From positions 17,856,001 to 17,920,000 of the forward strand of contig JBHGNT010000018.1 in NCBI GenBank assembly GCA_043228905.1: a stretch of 64,000 bases of DNA, in the 5' to 3' direction. This DNA is from Azolla caroliniana. Its lineage: Eukaryota > Plantae > Polypodiophyta. Positions within the stretch are counted from its first letter, which is position 1, and every line of letters starts with the position of its first letter. This document shows positions 1-22,652 of the stretch, piece after piece. Under the pieces are notes generated by a model. It was not told the origin of the DNA and did not search any database. It worked only from the letters and a program-made list of their open reading frames with translations. Position numbers and translations under genes: made by a program.

Positions 1-430
1 TCGACTGTTCTGTGTTATAAGCTGCATGTTGAACATTAGTGATCAGTTTCACTTGTTGGATAAGTAGTGCGTCCTAATCAGGCTTTTTCACACACATACT
101 AACAGCTTCAAGAAACGGGAAAGGGAAGGCATTCCTTAGTCTATTGTCATCTATACAAGCCATTTGCAATGCAGCAATATAGTTCAATTAGTTCATGCAG
201 GAATCTTGGTCAGAGATCAAGGAACTCTAACGAGAGTGGATACCGAGCACTAGACTGTACTTTATTATAACAGGCATGCTGCGCATCAGTGATCAGTTTC
301 ACTTGTTGGATAAGTAGAGACTCCTAACCAGGCTTTTCACACACATACCAACAGCTTCAAGAAAGGGGAACGGGAAGACATTCCTCAGTCTATAGTCATG
401 TATACAAATCATTTGCAATGCAAGCAATAT
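1..430. repeat. Diverged ~249-bp tandem duplication in ECA3 intron 19
   Basis: GTGATCAGTTTCACTTGTTGGATAAGTAG...CATTTGCAATGCA occurs at ~39-172 and ~289-422; the first copy runs off the window edge. Confidence 0.9.
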
Positions 431-697
431 AATTCATAATGTCTCTTAAGTCTTTATACACGTGAGCCCATCATGTACGTTTTTTTTGTCCAGCTGGTGA
501 TACCTCAGGTATATCCCTTTCTTTCCTGTTAGACAGAAAATTGGATAATGAACAAGTACATTCGCATATATCTCACCGCAGCAGTTGAAAAGTGCTTTCA
601 GTGTGCTCAGTGGAGAAACAAAAAACAGGACATGGAAAGAATATAGAAACATTAAAAAGGCTGAAAACAATACCAAATGAAACTCGGGTAATAATAC

Positions 698-10201
<9,504 letters not shown>

Positions 10202-10619
10202 CTTCTTCTTCTTTTGATACCCTTCTCTTTTTGCTTTATCACTCTCACTGTCTTTTTCTGAAGCCAGATGCTGAGACCAAAAGAAGCAAAAAAGAGAAAA
10301 AGAAGGGGGAGGGACTTCGTCCTCTCTTCTTCTCCTTCTTCCCTACAGAAGCGTCTGCATCACTCAGTGTCTCAATTCCATCTCAGTCCTGTTTCTCGTG
10401 TGCTCTGCCCCACATGAAGAGGAAGAAGAAGAAAACAAAAAGAAATCTCATTCTCTTTTCAATTCTCTTTGCCTTGCCTCTCATTCATCGATCGGCCTTC
10501 GGCTTCGGCCGCCCGTCCATCTCATCTTCGAGAAATCGGCCGAACAAATCCCAGGATTTGTACCGTTTCTAACACCCCAGATGTATGGCACACTCGAGCA
10601 AAGATTTAACTACCGCCAG

Positions 10620-11466
10620 ACCCTCTTCTACTTTTTGTGGGTAGCGACTAACTTGGCAGATGGAATGGACCCCGAGGAGCTGCGTTTTTGTGGCGAGGTG
10701 GAGAAGATACGACATTCAGACTTGTTTGACAAAGCAACAAGAAAAGAGGGTGCTTCAATTAACTAGATCCTTACATGTAGTGAGTGAGATGTCCACCTGG
10801 ATTGGGCTTTTGTGAAAGTGGATGGAGGATTGGCCCTAGAGAGGGATCGCAAAAACAGTACGGGCTAGACGAGATAAAAAGATATGGAACAATCAAGCTG
10901 AGATGAATTGACACTAAACTCTTACTACATTGTGGGTAGTTACTATCTTAGCGAGTGGAGTGGGTGTGGAGGAGCTACTTTGTGGCAAAACGGAGAATAT
11001 ACATTCAAATGTGTTCGACAATGCACAAGAAAGAGGTTGCTTCACAAAACAAGATCGTGACAAGTCTCTTGAAGTAAACAGGTGAGACGTCCACCTTGAT
11101 TAGACTTGCGAAAGTAGATGGAGCATTGGCCCTAGAGAGGGATCGTGGAAACATCAAGGGCTACATGAGGTTGGCAACAGTATTTGGTGGAAGTTGATGA
11201 AAGAATCTCTAAGTTCACAATTAGATTGTGATCTTCAAGACAAGACATGAGTTTACCCAAGAGTGCGGACTAGCAATGAGATTGAAATGAATTTGCTTAG
11301 GGCGATCACAAATGTGTGTGCATTATTTTCACATTGAGAATTTTTACCACAGAGTAGTAAACCCCATTCTTAACAAGGATTCACGTACAATATATTGTGT
11401 TTATTTGGTCCCATAGGTCAAAATTGATCTCCTCATGAATGATAAAAACATTTATTCTATTCTTTC
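10620..11466 (+). mobile_element. Decayed LINE-like (RTE-type) remnant with an internal ~297-bp duplication
   Basis: The 3' end GGTCCCATAGGTCAAAATTGATCTCC...GATAAAAA plus a TATTC tail matches the LINE end at 44084-44147. 10622-10870 and 10919-11165 are diverged copies of each other. The 5' boundary is uncertain. Confidence 0.55.
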
Positions 11467-11544
11467 TTGTACGCCATTGTAGGTACTTCCCTCACTTTAG
11501 AGACCACCATTTTGGATCGACCTATGCTAGAGATATTTGTTACT

Positions 11545-12003
11545 TTTATTTAATTTGGTTTGTTGTTTCTCAAAGACAAGACTACATTAAAAAGGGTCTC
11601 TTAAAAGAAGTTAATTTATACTTCTTTCTTCTTCATTGTCTCTTCTCCCCTCTCCACTCATTTTAATGAGATTACTCTTGAGTTACAAGTATTTTACTCT
11701 AAGCCTTACACTAATGCTCTTGTATGTCATTTGTGGTTCTCATAACTACTAGAAGCATTGTTTGCTCACTTGTGCATGCTTTTATGTATCATTAGCTAGT
11801 AGGTTGAACTAGGAATCGATGTCTGGGTGACTCGACTCAATTTGGCTTGAAGGGTCTCAAGCCAACTGGCTTAGCTTTCATCCATATAAAAAAAAGCAAA
11901 CCTTGAGCTCAATCATGAATCTAATTGAGCTAAGACCACTTTTTAAAAAAAACTTTATTTGCACTTGAGCCATGTTAAGTGTCCGGCACCCGAGACACTG
12001 GTT
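11545..12003 (+). repeat. Dispersed repeat, long copy (probable non-autonomous DNA transposon fragment)
   Basis: Homologous to ~16670-17030 (TTTGGTTTGTTGTTTCT..AAGACAA; CCTTACACTAAT.CTCTTGTAT; TGTGGTTCTCATAACTA; GAACTAGGAATC; GGGTCTCAAGCCAAC) and, in its 5' part, to 39999-40200 and 32572-32777. Confidence 0.7.
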
Positions 12004-12321
12004 ATGGAGATTGAGGCACCAACAAGAGACACTGAGCTCAACAAACCATAGGAAAGAAGGGGATATAGCAAACTAAATAGGAAGAAATGTAAGCCAATGG
12101 GCAACTTAGTGTGAAAGAAACTTATCAACCTTGTAAAAAGCTATAAAAGCCACCATTTGGTGACATTTGTAACTCTTCTCCGATCATAGCTTTTCTTCTT
12201 TCCTTTACCGCAGTAGAGCTCCTACTCTATCCCCTTAATCTCCCATTAGAGCTAAGAGAGTTAAGGGTTGTAACGGAATGGGAGGCAAGAGTGATTGCAA
12301 TGCAGCGGAAGAAGATTGAGA

Positions 12322-12352
12322 GTGTGTGTGTGTGTGTGTGAGAGAGGCAATA

Positions 12353-12405
<53 letters not shown>
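12322..12405. repeat. (GT)n/(GA)n compound microsatellite
   Basis: Directly visible. Confidence 0.95.
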
Positions 12406-12407
<2 letters not shown>

Positions 12408-14821
12408 CTTAAGGCAGAGATAGATAAAACGTATATTAACCAAAAATGCATCAAACATAAAACATCCAACAGTAACTAAGTTACAATGTGTTGGTTTATA
12501 TACCAACTAAGCTAGGGCAAGTGCCCTTTCTACTATTTACAAAACTAGCCCAACATGTCCATGAGCTAGTGTGAAACCTATCTATGGGAAGCTGAGTTCG
12601 ACTCTCAACAAGGGCTAATTAAGACAAACATCAATCTCTTCACAGTTGTATGGTGCTAAGCCTCCTTGCAATAAGAAATGGTGTATTATTTCTTATATCT
12701 TCTTTGTCTTTGCATTCATGTCTATGTGCAACAAAAAGTAAAGTGAGTGAGAGAGAGGGTGTGTGTGTGTGTGTGTTTGTGTGCGAGCATAAGTGTTAAT
12801 AATCAAGGTTAAGTACACTAGTAGCTCCAAGGTGCTCGACAACCACCTTGGCCTTGTTCGCCACCAAAAGGGTATACGCCAGTTAAGATCCTAGGCCAAC
12901 AACATCGACATAAGGTATAACTTCATCAATTCATAGATGTGTTCCAGTGAAAGCACACGGAAGCCCCGCAAAGCCATGGCTTATTGGCTTGAGTGGATTG
13001 AGAAATGGTGATTAAGGAGGCAACAATGAGTCACTTGATTTTAGCCTAAACTTTGGGTTTCACGCCGAGTTGCTCCTAAGTTTATATTAAATTGGAACTT
13101 CAATTTGAGCCACTCGAGTTGGCAAGTTATGGCTCAAGTTATTAAATTTGAACTTCAATTTGAGCCACTTTGTTGGATTTTGGGTTGAATGATTAAGCCA
13201 CATTGTGGCACCAATTAGCTTCTTAGTTAAAATAATTATTTAAGAGAGGAGAGGAAAAGTTTGTTTAAGTTGTGATACATGAGTGTTAGTAGCTTGAGAG
13301 TGTTTGAAAGCACTCTTCCCATTTTTCCAATGAAAGGGTAAATGACAACCAAACCTTGTGACATGTCCTTAGGAAGGAGATGGAACTTTGACCAAGAGAC
13401 GTCCACATGCTTTATGCAACAAAACTAGAGGTGACACATCTAATTTTGCGCCATTATCAGTGACAATTAGACAATCAATGAGCTCTTGAGGCAAGCAATT
13501 GCATACTAGTGGTGGGGGAGCCACTTAAATGATAAATTATGTTGAAGATGTCCCAATGAGAAAGTGTGAGGTTAACCACGAAGATTAAGCCTCTCAATGT
13601 ATGATTATGTTTTGTATTTGTGTTATTTCTTCATAATCATGCAACCAATAGGTGAGTATACAATAAGATAGGCATCTTGCTACTTTTTAAGCCAACCACA
13701 TTTATGAACCAAGAAGCTCAAGACTTCATTGTTTGGTTTTAAAAACAAGCCAGATGTCAAGGTTGTGGCACAAACCTATTTTCTCATGTGTCATTAAAAG
13801 TAGGGGGTATAAGTAGTCACCTAATGATAACAAATTGCACAAGATTTAGAGCAATATGAGCAGGGAACCCAAACTAATACATAAATATGAATGGAAACCA
13901 AGGAGGTCCTAACCCAATAAGGCATCACATCGTATGACCTCAATAACTGGTCAAATATCAAAAGGCAAGGAAAATAAGGTGAGACCAAATGATCAAGAAG
14001 AAAGATTTCCTACATATTTAGTGGCGTATACAAACCTTAGAGAGAAAATAAGGTAAGTATAAAAGTATACAAATCTCCTTCAAGAACAAGAAGAATAACA
14101 ACATAAAACTATTGAAGCTAGTATATGGATTGACCAACTCGAAGAATGGACTTTCCAACATGTAGAGGATAGCCGTCCACATGAAACAAATGTAAGAGAC
14201 AAGGTTATTAGTGCCAATAGGCATCAACTCCAATGCACAACTAAACAAAAATGTGCATTTGGAGGGTGGTGTTAGGGTTGCATTTTTTTGCAACAAATCC
14301 TTACACTCAAAGTCTAGCTACACATATAAGAAATGTGTCGGATGATTAGGCTCCTAGGCCTAGAAAATAAAGGCCTTGATCACATTCTAGTGAAACATGT
14401 TGAGGAGATGTTATAATTAAACACAAAGGTTTGGTATGACATTCTTAAGGGGGTTCAAGAAGAACTATACACTAGATACAAGGAGTCTATAGTGATGGCA
14501 CCACAAAGTAATGGGTTGTCAATGAAACCCTTTAAACAACAAACTTGGTCAATGTCTTAGTAGCCCAATTTTTGAGCAACAACACTAACTTCACTCTCCT
14601 AGTAACAACGAGTGGCATGATTGTGCCCATGACACCAATTACAAGAGAGAGAGAGAGAGAGCTTCATCGACCATGATTGTTGGAATAACTAGGGTATCCC
14701 TAAAATGGTTGTTTAAGATGTAAAGTTGAGAATAGTGGATGGTTCAACCAAAGACCTAAGGAAATGATAATCAAACGAAAGTTTGAGGTGTACGAGGTTG
14801 AGTTCTAACTCATGTTCAAGG

Positions 14822-15461
14822 TGTCGGGAATCAACGCTTGGATTCACCTTCTACGACCGGCCACAACCGATTAATCGCGGATCAATGGAGCAGAAAATAG
14901 GAACCACACGGAGAAACAAAATAAAACGCGAGTACACAGGGATTAACGTGGAAAACCCTAGACGGGAAAAAAAACCACGGGAGTACAAGACTCCAAACCA
15001 AACACTATACAGAGAAGTATACAATGGCGAGCTGCAAGGCGACGACCTTGAGCTCGCTGTCCTCGCCACAGGCGGCGGAAATACACAGAGGCGTCTACCT
15101 CTTCGTCTCTCGCGCTCTATCTCTCTCCCTCTCTCACGGCTGCTCTCTCTTCACTCCCCTTGAGTGGAAAAAACAGAAAAATAAGCAGCAACTAAAACTG
15201 TTTGCCCTAAGTCATATTTATACACATATGACTTTCGGGCTATTTACAAATATAGCCTCAAGGGCTCTTGGCAAACATATTCACAAGTATGTCCCCGCAT
15301 CCGGATCTCTCTCCGGGTACATTCATCATCCGGCTCCGTACCCGGGGTCTTCATCATCCGGCTCCGTAGCCGGGGTCTTCGTCATCCGGCTCCGTAACCG
15401 GAACCGGGCTTGCCGTCATTCATCTCCGGACATCCCATCCGGAGGGACCGAAATCCCAACA
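14822..15461 (-). mobile_element. Solo LTR (Copia-like), 640 bp
   Basis: Termini TGTCGGGA...TCCCAACA; 5-bp TSD CAAGG at 14817-14821 and 15462-15466; minus-strand GTGGTTTTT..CCC..AGGGTTTTCCACG motif; internal 28-bp tandem repeats at ~15322-15400. Confidence 0.9.
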
Positions 15462-16599
15462 CAAGGTCATGAGGTCAACCAATGAATTTCTTACAATTCG
15501 AATGGATGACCTTTCCTAAGGCTTGCTTTGTTCCTATTGGACTTTGGACATTTGTGTATTTTACATGCAAAAATGTGATAAGATCTATTGTGTCCAAGTT
15601 TACACCCAAGAAATACACAAGCAATAAGGGAATCCACTCATAGACCACCAATTCGAAGTAGGGTTACTAGCTTACAACCATAAGATCCTTGGGAATTCAA
15701 TTGGAATGTAAATCAATGGTTGAAGGCTCAAAACCTCATCCAAGAGATGAGTTGGATCCATGCATTCATCATCGTGGTTGGGATGTACATGATCAATATA
15801 AAATGTTTATGATGAGGAAGGGTTGGCTATTATGAAATAACTTATTGATCCTTGTACCATGCAAAGAAACCCTATCGATATTTGTAAATCAACAAAAAAA
15901 AGTTTCCTCGTTAATGATTATGTCTTGTTTCACCCTTGGTGCAAAGCATGTGATGAACAAAGACAGACAAACAAACACATCCCATATATCCCATTCACTT
16001 AGACCTAACCAAAACTTAGCTACCTAGCCACATATACCTTATCAACAATATAGCATGTATAAACTCATTTATCTACCTTGCATGAATAAGAAGACAGAAA
16101 TAATGGGCATAGTGGATATTGAAACAATGATGGCTATCCTCTCCATCATAAGAATTTTGCATCTCAAGACAAGATTGGCACCAATAGAGCAAATGCATGA
16201 TAGCATTATGTGCTTATGTAAAATGATATATTCCAACAAGAATAATAAGTAGAGGTGTCGATGGGTAACATTGAAGGAATGCCTAAGTAAGACCAACCAC
16301 AAGTAGACCAAGACCCTAGCCCTAGATCAATACGTGTGCAATTAGACCAAAATAAAGAAACGAAACTCCAATGAGTATCCGAGTAGAACTCGTGAGATAT
16401 GCATATGAGATAATCCCATCCCTACATCTCTCAAACAAGTAACTACAAAAAGGCAAACCAGGATAATTAAGCAGTCAATGTACATAGCGGTAAGAATCTT
16501 GTGTGTAGCCTCTTACTTCGAGACTCAACTTGGAAAAGCTCCATCGCCATGACCTACACTCTATATCTTTCAATGACAAATTTTATAATATATCTAATT

Positions 16600-17030
16600 T
16601 GAAAATCTTACATGCATATATTATGAGATTCTTTTGACATGCCTTAGTCTATTTCAATTTACTTTTTTGCTTGGTTACTTTTATTTATTTTGGTTTGTTG
16701 TTTCTTGAAGACAATACTACATTTTAAGATGTAATCTCTTGTTTGGTATTTAAAGGTCCAATATATACTTTTTTCTTTCTTCTTCTTTCTCCACTCATTT
16801 TCATTAAATTAACATTAAGCATTCTACTATAAACCTTACACTAATACTCTTGTATATCTTTGTGGTTCTCATAACTAATGGAAGCATGATTTGCTAACTA
16901 ATGGAAGCTACCATGCTGAACTAGGAATCAAAATTAGTATGACTCAACTCGGTTTGGCTCCAGGGGTCTCAAGCCAACCCACTTGAAAGAAACAAAACTT
17001 TAGTTGAGTCTAGTTGAGCAAGCCATGTTA
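16600..17030 (+). repeat. Dispersed repeat, second long copy
   Basis: Homologous to 11545-11870 and 39999-40200. Confidence 0.7.
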
Positions 17031-18442
17031 TTTCCTAGGGTCAATTTTGTGTTGAGTAAAAAACTGTGACAAGAAAAACCTCCATCCATGCAAGAGTCAT
17101 GCACCTAGGAGTCTTGAAAGAATTTTGCATCTTAAGATAAGATTGGTGCCAATAGAGCTAGGGTTAACAATAACACCACATGCTTACGTAATTTGTTTCC
17201 CACGTAAATAAAGACCGAGAAAGTAGTTGTAACAACATAGTACAAACCCATAAACTTATTAAAGAGAGAGGTGTTATAACTTATATCCTAGTGTAATTAA
17301 TGGTTATCATTGATACAAACTCCAAGATTAAGAAATCTCATAAGTCACTTTGCCTCTCTTTCTCTTCACTCTTTAGTGTTGCAATTGTTAACTTAGTGAT
17401 TTGCAGTTTCAATCATTAAGTACTTAAATCAATTAAGCTAATTAATTGAAGTTCTTAAATTTTATGCAATATAAAGCAATGATGCATGTTTCCACTGCAA
17501 ATTATACAAAGGGCATGAGCCTCATGGGTTTGACATCTTACTTTCTCAAAGGTAAAACTACGTGAATGTAGAGAAGTTTAGCAAAAAATAGAGTTTTAAA
17601 CAAAAATATGAGTGAACTTGGAGCATAAATGAAGTATTTAACAAAAAAACAAGTGAACTTGGATTATATGATGAATTGTTTGGGATTTTTTTTCCCCATT
17701 TCCATGGACTTCCCATTCTCACGCTTGAAATAATTGAAGGTGGCGGTAAAATCTACATTTTTGTAGGAGCTTTAATTGAAATTTGCATGTTTACGTAAGA
17801 ACATATCGATTTATAAAGATTTTCAATTCACATTCTGAGTTCAAAATGCAAATGATGTTTTTTGGTGAAGGAGGGCATTATTGTCTTAGAACTAGATAAA
17901 AGACACACGACTGGCAATTGACAAGATGGTTCTATGAACTAAGAAGGGAAATGCAATAAGTAGCGGAGGCAATATTGTCTTGATATGGCACTCAAGCCAA
18001 ACCTTCTATAAACAAAAGGCAACTAGTACACAACACAACTTTTCATCAATATGGTACTTGAGCCTACCTTTTTTCTCAAACTTTGGCGTAGTAAGCTCTC
18101 GAAGAATCGATGTCGTTGGAAACAAGGTGCAACAAGCTATCCAATACGTAGGCAAACAACCAATGCGAGAATATGAGCCATCGAGATATTGTGGTTTATC
18201 TCAAAATAAACGGCTCGAAGTCAAGATGATGTGTTGCCAAACATGGAGAGTAAATGGCAAGCGACGAATGGTCAGGATAGAGACTAAGATGTGCATGTGT
18301 GTGTGTGTGTGTATGTATATATGTACACATACAAATTGAAACGTTGAAGCATATCACGATGGTGCGTAAGAGGCCACAAGACAAGACACTGTGTGGTTGT
18401 TGGTCATTGATTGTACGCTGAAACTCATATATATATATATCC

Positions 18443-18705
18443 TTGGGCTTCCCGAAAAGCCGCTCTCGTCCAACCAGCTAGCCAGCTAATGGCCTCTCGT
18501 GACTCTTTCCAAGAAACATGCCGTGTTCGGACCGTGCGCCCATCGCGTGATCGTCTTGTTTGCAATCTTGGGCGGGCAGTCCGAACATGACGATCCTGGG
18601 ATTGCAAACAAGATGATCACCGATGGGCGGGCATGTTTCTCGGAAAAAGTCATGAGAGGCCATCGGCAGGCCGGTTGGATGAGAGCGGGTTTCCAGGAAG
18701 CCCAA
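18443..18705. repeat. GC-rich long inverted repeat (fold-back) upstream of SSU72
   Basis: Left arm 18443-~18572 is the reverse complement of right arm ~18595-18705 (TTGGGCTTCC...GGAAGCCCAA), with indels and mostly transition mismatches. Confidence 0.9.
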
Positions 18706-18772
18706 CCAAGCCAAGCCCAACCCATATACATATATTCAATACATACACATTAATGTTTCATAAGAGAGAACA

Positions 18773-18776
<4 letters not shown>

Positions 18777-18811
<35 letters not shown>
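18777..18811. repeat. (CA)n microsatellite
   Basis: Directly visible. Confidence 0.95.
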
Positions 18812-18814
<3 letters not shown>

Positions 18815-18889
18815 TACATGCATGTTATATGCATACATACATACATGCAATTTATATGCATGCATACATACATAATCACAAAGAAACAG

Positions 18890-19010
18890 AGTAGAGCTCA
18901 TTTGCAGCTCTCTCTGCACAGAGTATCTGCAGATGCAGAATCCGAAACAGAGAGAGCCACGAAGAAAGACGTGAAGAAACAAAAAAGGGGGAGAAGATCA
19001 TCTCATCCAG
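18890..19010 (+). other. Probable non-coding 5'UTR exon of SSU72 (leader intron ~19011-20927)
   Basis: Purine-rich leader ends CCAG|GTTTTT, followed by a T-rich intron-like stretch; acceptor TTTCAG at 20927, 38 nt before the ATG. The transcription start is approximate. Confidence 0.6.
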
Positions 19011-20964
19011 GTTTTTTCTTTTGTTGTGCCTCTCTCCTTCTTCTTCTTCTTTTCGTGTTTTTTCACCCAAAACTCTGTTTGGTCTTTCTTTCTTTCTTTC
19101 TCTAGGGTTTAGATGTCATGGTCCTTCTTCTGACTGCTTGCTCGGATTACCTGTTGTACGATTTAAACTGAATTTGATATTCTCCTATGGCTTCTCGAAT
19201 GCCTTAATTCTATTTTTCTTTCTGATTTGTTGTGTTTGATCATATTCTCCTGTAAGAAATTCTGTTAGACCCGAGTTTTTTGTTCTTGATTCGTTTTGCA
19301 TTTTTCTGTTTGGTTTAACTATTTGATCTTGACAACCCAAAACAAGGCGAATCTCATATGCAGACCAAAACAAACATGTAAACGACTCACTACATTCATC
19401 CTCTAAACTTGTCTAGTGCCCATCACAGAACCAAAAACGTATAATCTTTACAAAACACACACTTAAGCACACGTGCAGATGCATATACAGATTTTTAATG
19501 TTTGATCATTTTCTTTTTCTGCTTTTACCCCGTCTTTTCTCTAATTGATCTCGCTGCGTTTTTACCTTTCCCTTTTTCGTTTTGCATGTATAACTTTTTC
19601 CTGTTCCAACATTTTATAAGAAAGTCTTCTATAATTGGGTGAATTTGCTTCTCACAACCAAAATTTGTGTCAGCTATTTTTTCTGTCCAGAATTTTGATG
19701 TTTTTTCTGTCTGTCAAATGTTTATTTTCTGAGTTTCCGTATTTCTGCATCCTTTCTGAGTGTTCAATGATCAGAATTTATTGGTTTTTCTGCTCCATCC
19801 TAGTGTTCCTCTCAATGACCCTAGTAAGAAATTATTCTAGGAGGTGAAACGCTTAATTATCTTGCTAGCTATAGCAAACTTGATATGTAAACGTCCACTT
19901 AATAAAATGGCAAAATGTCTGTCCAAATTCCAGATCTTTTAGCTTTCTGCAGTATGTTTTAATACTGATTGATGCCTATCTTTCGAGAGGATTCATCGTC
20001 AAATTCATGACAATAAAACATTACATGTAGTGTATAGATTTCATCATTGTCATGGTATGAATAACCTCTTCTTTCACTGGCTATGGAAAATGTAACCTGA
20101 AGCAATGCCTGATTTATAGATGTGCTTTGGTTGTCAGTGAAGCAATTTCAAGGAGACAGTAATTATCTGGCACAACCTATTTGATATCACAAAGCCGAGA
20201 TATCTCATGGGTATCTGTTTTGTCTTTTTCCTTTTATCCTTTTCTTCCAATGGTCCTAGCAAGGAATTATTCTTTAGTAGGAGAAATCACCCAAGATAGT
20301 TAATTACTATACGAATTTGTGAAGTTTTATCTTTGTTTCCTACTTTCCCATTCTGATTTGAGTGATGGGAATGGATTGCTGTCTTTTGCTCTCAGAATCT
20401 TCTAATGTTGTCTCGATTATCTCATAATCATAGTTTATGTATAGTTTTTGCAATCTTATATATTTTTTTGAGTCTCACTTATGCACCCTATTCAAAATTA
20501 CATGCTTGATTTGGAGCCCAAAACTGGTTTTATAGTCAATCCATAATCTTTTCTCCAGTGGTTGATTATAATGATTGGTTTGAGAGATGGGAATCCATTG
20601 CTATTTCTTGCAAGGTTTTAGATTTTGATCATTCTCAAAAAAATTCAATATACCTTTTGTCTCCTATATGTAATTATGTTTTAGGCAATCTTGGGCATAT
20701 CTTTGAGTTTCACTTTTGCAACGTTCAAAAAAAGTCTAGGCTTCATTAGGACCCCAAAATAGTTTAAAGTTTAGCCACAATGTTTTTCATGGTGATTGAA
20801 TGACCTGATTGGTTTGTGATTGATGCAATTTAATAATATCTAGCTCAAGGTAGAGCTCAATAACAAGCCCAAATTCGGTTTCAAAATTAATCCATAATAA
20901 TTTTCCTGGTGATTGAAACTATTTCAGAGTACATCAGTATTTGGAACAAGTTTACATACAAGAC

Positions 20965-22652
20965 ATGATGAAGCTCCGATATGCAATGGTGTGTGCTTCC
21001 AATCAGAACCGTAGTATGGAAGCTCATGCTCTCTTGCAGAAGCGAGGCTTTGATGTGAGTTCTTATGGCACTGGTGCCCATGTGAAGCTGCCCGGACCTT
21101 CTATCAGGGAGCCAAATATTTACAAATTTGGCACACCTTATCGAACCATGTTTGAAGACCTCAAACGCAAAGACTCTGAATTGTATCCTTTTACTTGTGA
21201 ACATGGACACCATTTTTGTGGGACATTGAAGGGATGTGGTTATAAAGAAGTAATGTGAGTGGTTGTGAATTATGTCCTATTCTGTCACAGTGTGTACATT
21301 TTCATGTTATTGAGACATTCTATATACACTTTAACTTATTATATTGGATTTGTTCAATTTTCTGTTATAAAATTCAGCCATATGGTGCATCTGTGGTCAG
21401 TTTGATTCTTAAATTATCTGGATGGGGTATGGAATATAATCATGAAGTTAGTGGGTCCAATTGCCTTCGGTTTATTGCCATGTGTCCTTTTCGTTTTTAT
21501 CCGTTGTCAGCTATAAGAATGTGTTTGAATGAGGATGTTTGCAGCCATGTCTGCTATTCCTGGTCCATTGTTTGATTTATAATCATTGTCTGGATGGAGA
21601 GTGGACTATAAATTCAGCAAGAGGCACTGCAATAAAAATTAGTTTTGTATTATCTAATTTCAAGATCTGGTTTCTTTTTCTGTTAAATCATCAGGATGCA
21701 TTTAAAAAATGGGAAAAGACCAAAATACTTTTAATTGCTTGATTGAGGGACATTTTGGTCAGTGGTGAGTAATTCTTGGAGATTTAGGGATATTCTAGTA
21801 AATACTAAGCATATTAGGTTTGTTAATGGCATGGGTACTTGCTGGAAATGGCGTGGGCATTGGATTTAAGGTTAGGTGTAACTATTAGTAGTTGTGGGCT
21901 TACTAATGTGTCCCCAATTATCTTAAATACGGTTGGGCAATCAATGTCCTGGCCAGCTCGCCTTTGGTGTAAGGTGCAAGTTATATTTTCTAGTGTCACA
22001 TTGATCTCAATCTTGTCTGGTAATCTCTTTTAGACAGCCTAAAAAGGTGTATGTCAGAATATTTCAAACAGTATCCCTACTCCTAAATTATTTGGTCCTT
22101 GAACCTTAACCCATTTCAAAGATATAAGAGGAATGGATTGCTACAAATGCTAAGAAGAAATCTGAGTGTTAAAGAAGCACCTCAACGCTGGCAAGAGAAT
22201 GCAGCTGATGGTGTATTTGATGTTATATTCACATTTGAAGGGAGGGTTTTTGACATGGTTATTGAAGGTATATATTCTGTTATTGCTTCTGATGTTATTT
22301 TGTTTATGATCTATTTTGTTGAGCATGGTCATTATAATATAAACATGCAGACATGCAAAATCGAGACATGAAGTTGATGAAGAGTGCATTGGTGGTTAAT
22401 ATTGATGTGAAAGATAATCATGAAGGTGCAGCTGCTGGTGCGAGGCTGGCTCTTGAGTTTTGCCGACAAGTGAGTCTCATCATGTTGAAGATAAATCTAT
22501 TTTGCATTTCATATTTTGTTATTATATTTTCTATTTTATCTTTGTCCTAGCTTGAGATGGTTGAGTCGTGGGAGGAAGAGATTGATAACATCACTCAGAA
22601 GTTTGAGAAACAATATCGACGGAGGCCTATTTACTCAGTTTGCTTCTATTGA
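20965..22652 (+). CDS. SSU72: RNA polymerase II CTD phosphatase SSU72 (194 aa)
   Basis: Exons 20965-21182, 22122-22267, 22351-22469, 22551-22652 (585 nt, in frame). Catalytic CX5R motif VCASNQNRSMEAH, SYGTG..VKLPGP, DVKDNHE and C-terminal YSVCFY*. Confidence 0.96.
21183..22121 (+). other. U12-type (minor spliceosome) GT-AG intron
   Basis: 5' splice site GTATCCTTTT; branch site CCTTAAC at 22104-22110, ~11 nt from the AG; no polypyrimidine tract; splicing restores ELYKRNG. Confidence 0.93.

Noticed and set aside
12400-14800. Possible decayed retrotransposon internal sequence
   Set aside because: Looks TE-derived (CpG-depleted, no ORF) but no domain, PBS or terminus could be identified with confidence.
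14783-15485. 126-aa and 153-aa ORFs
   Set aside because: They lie within the GC-rich solo LTR and have no protein motifs.
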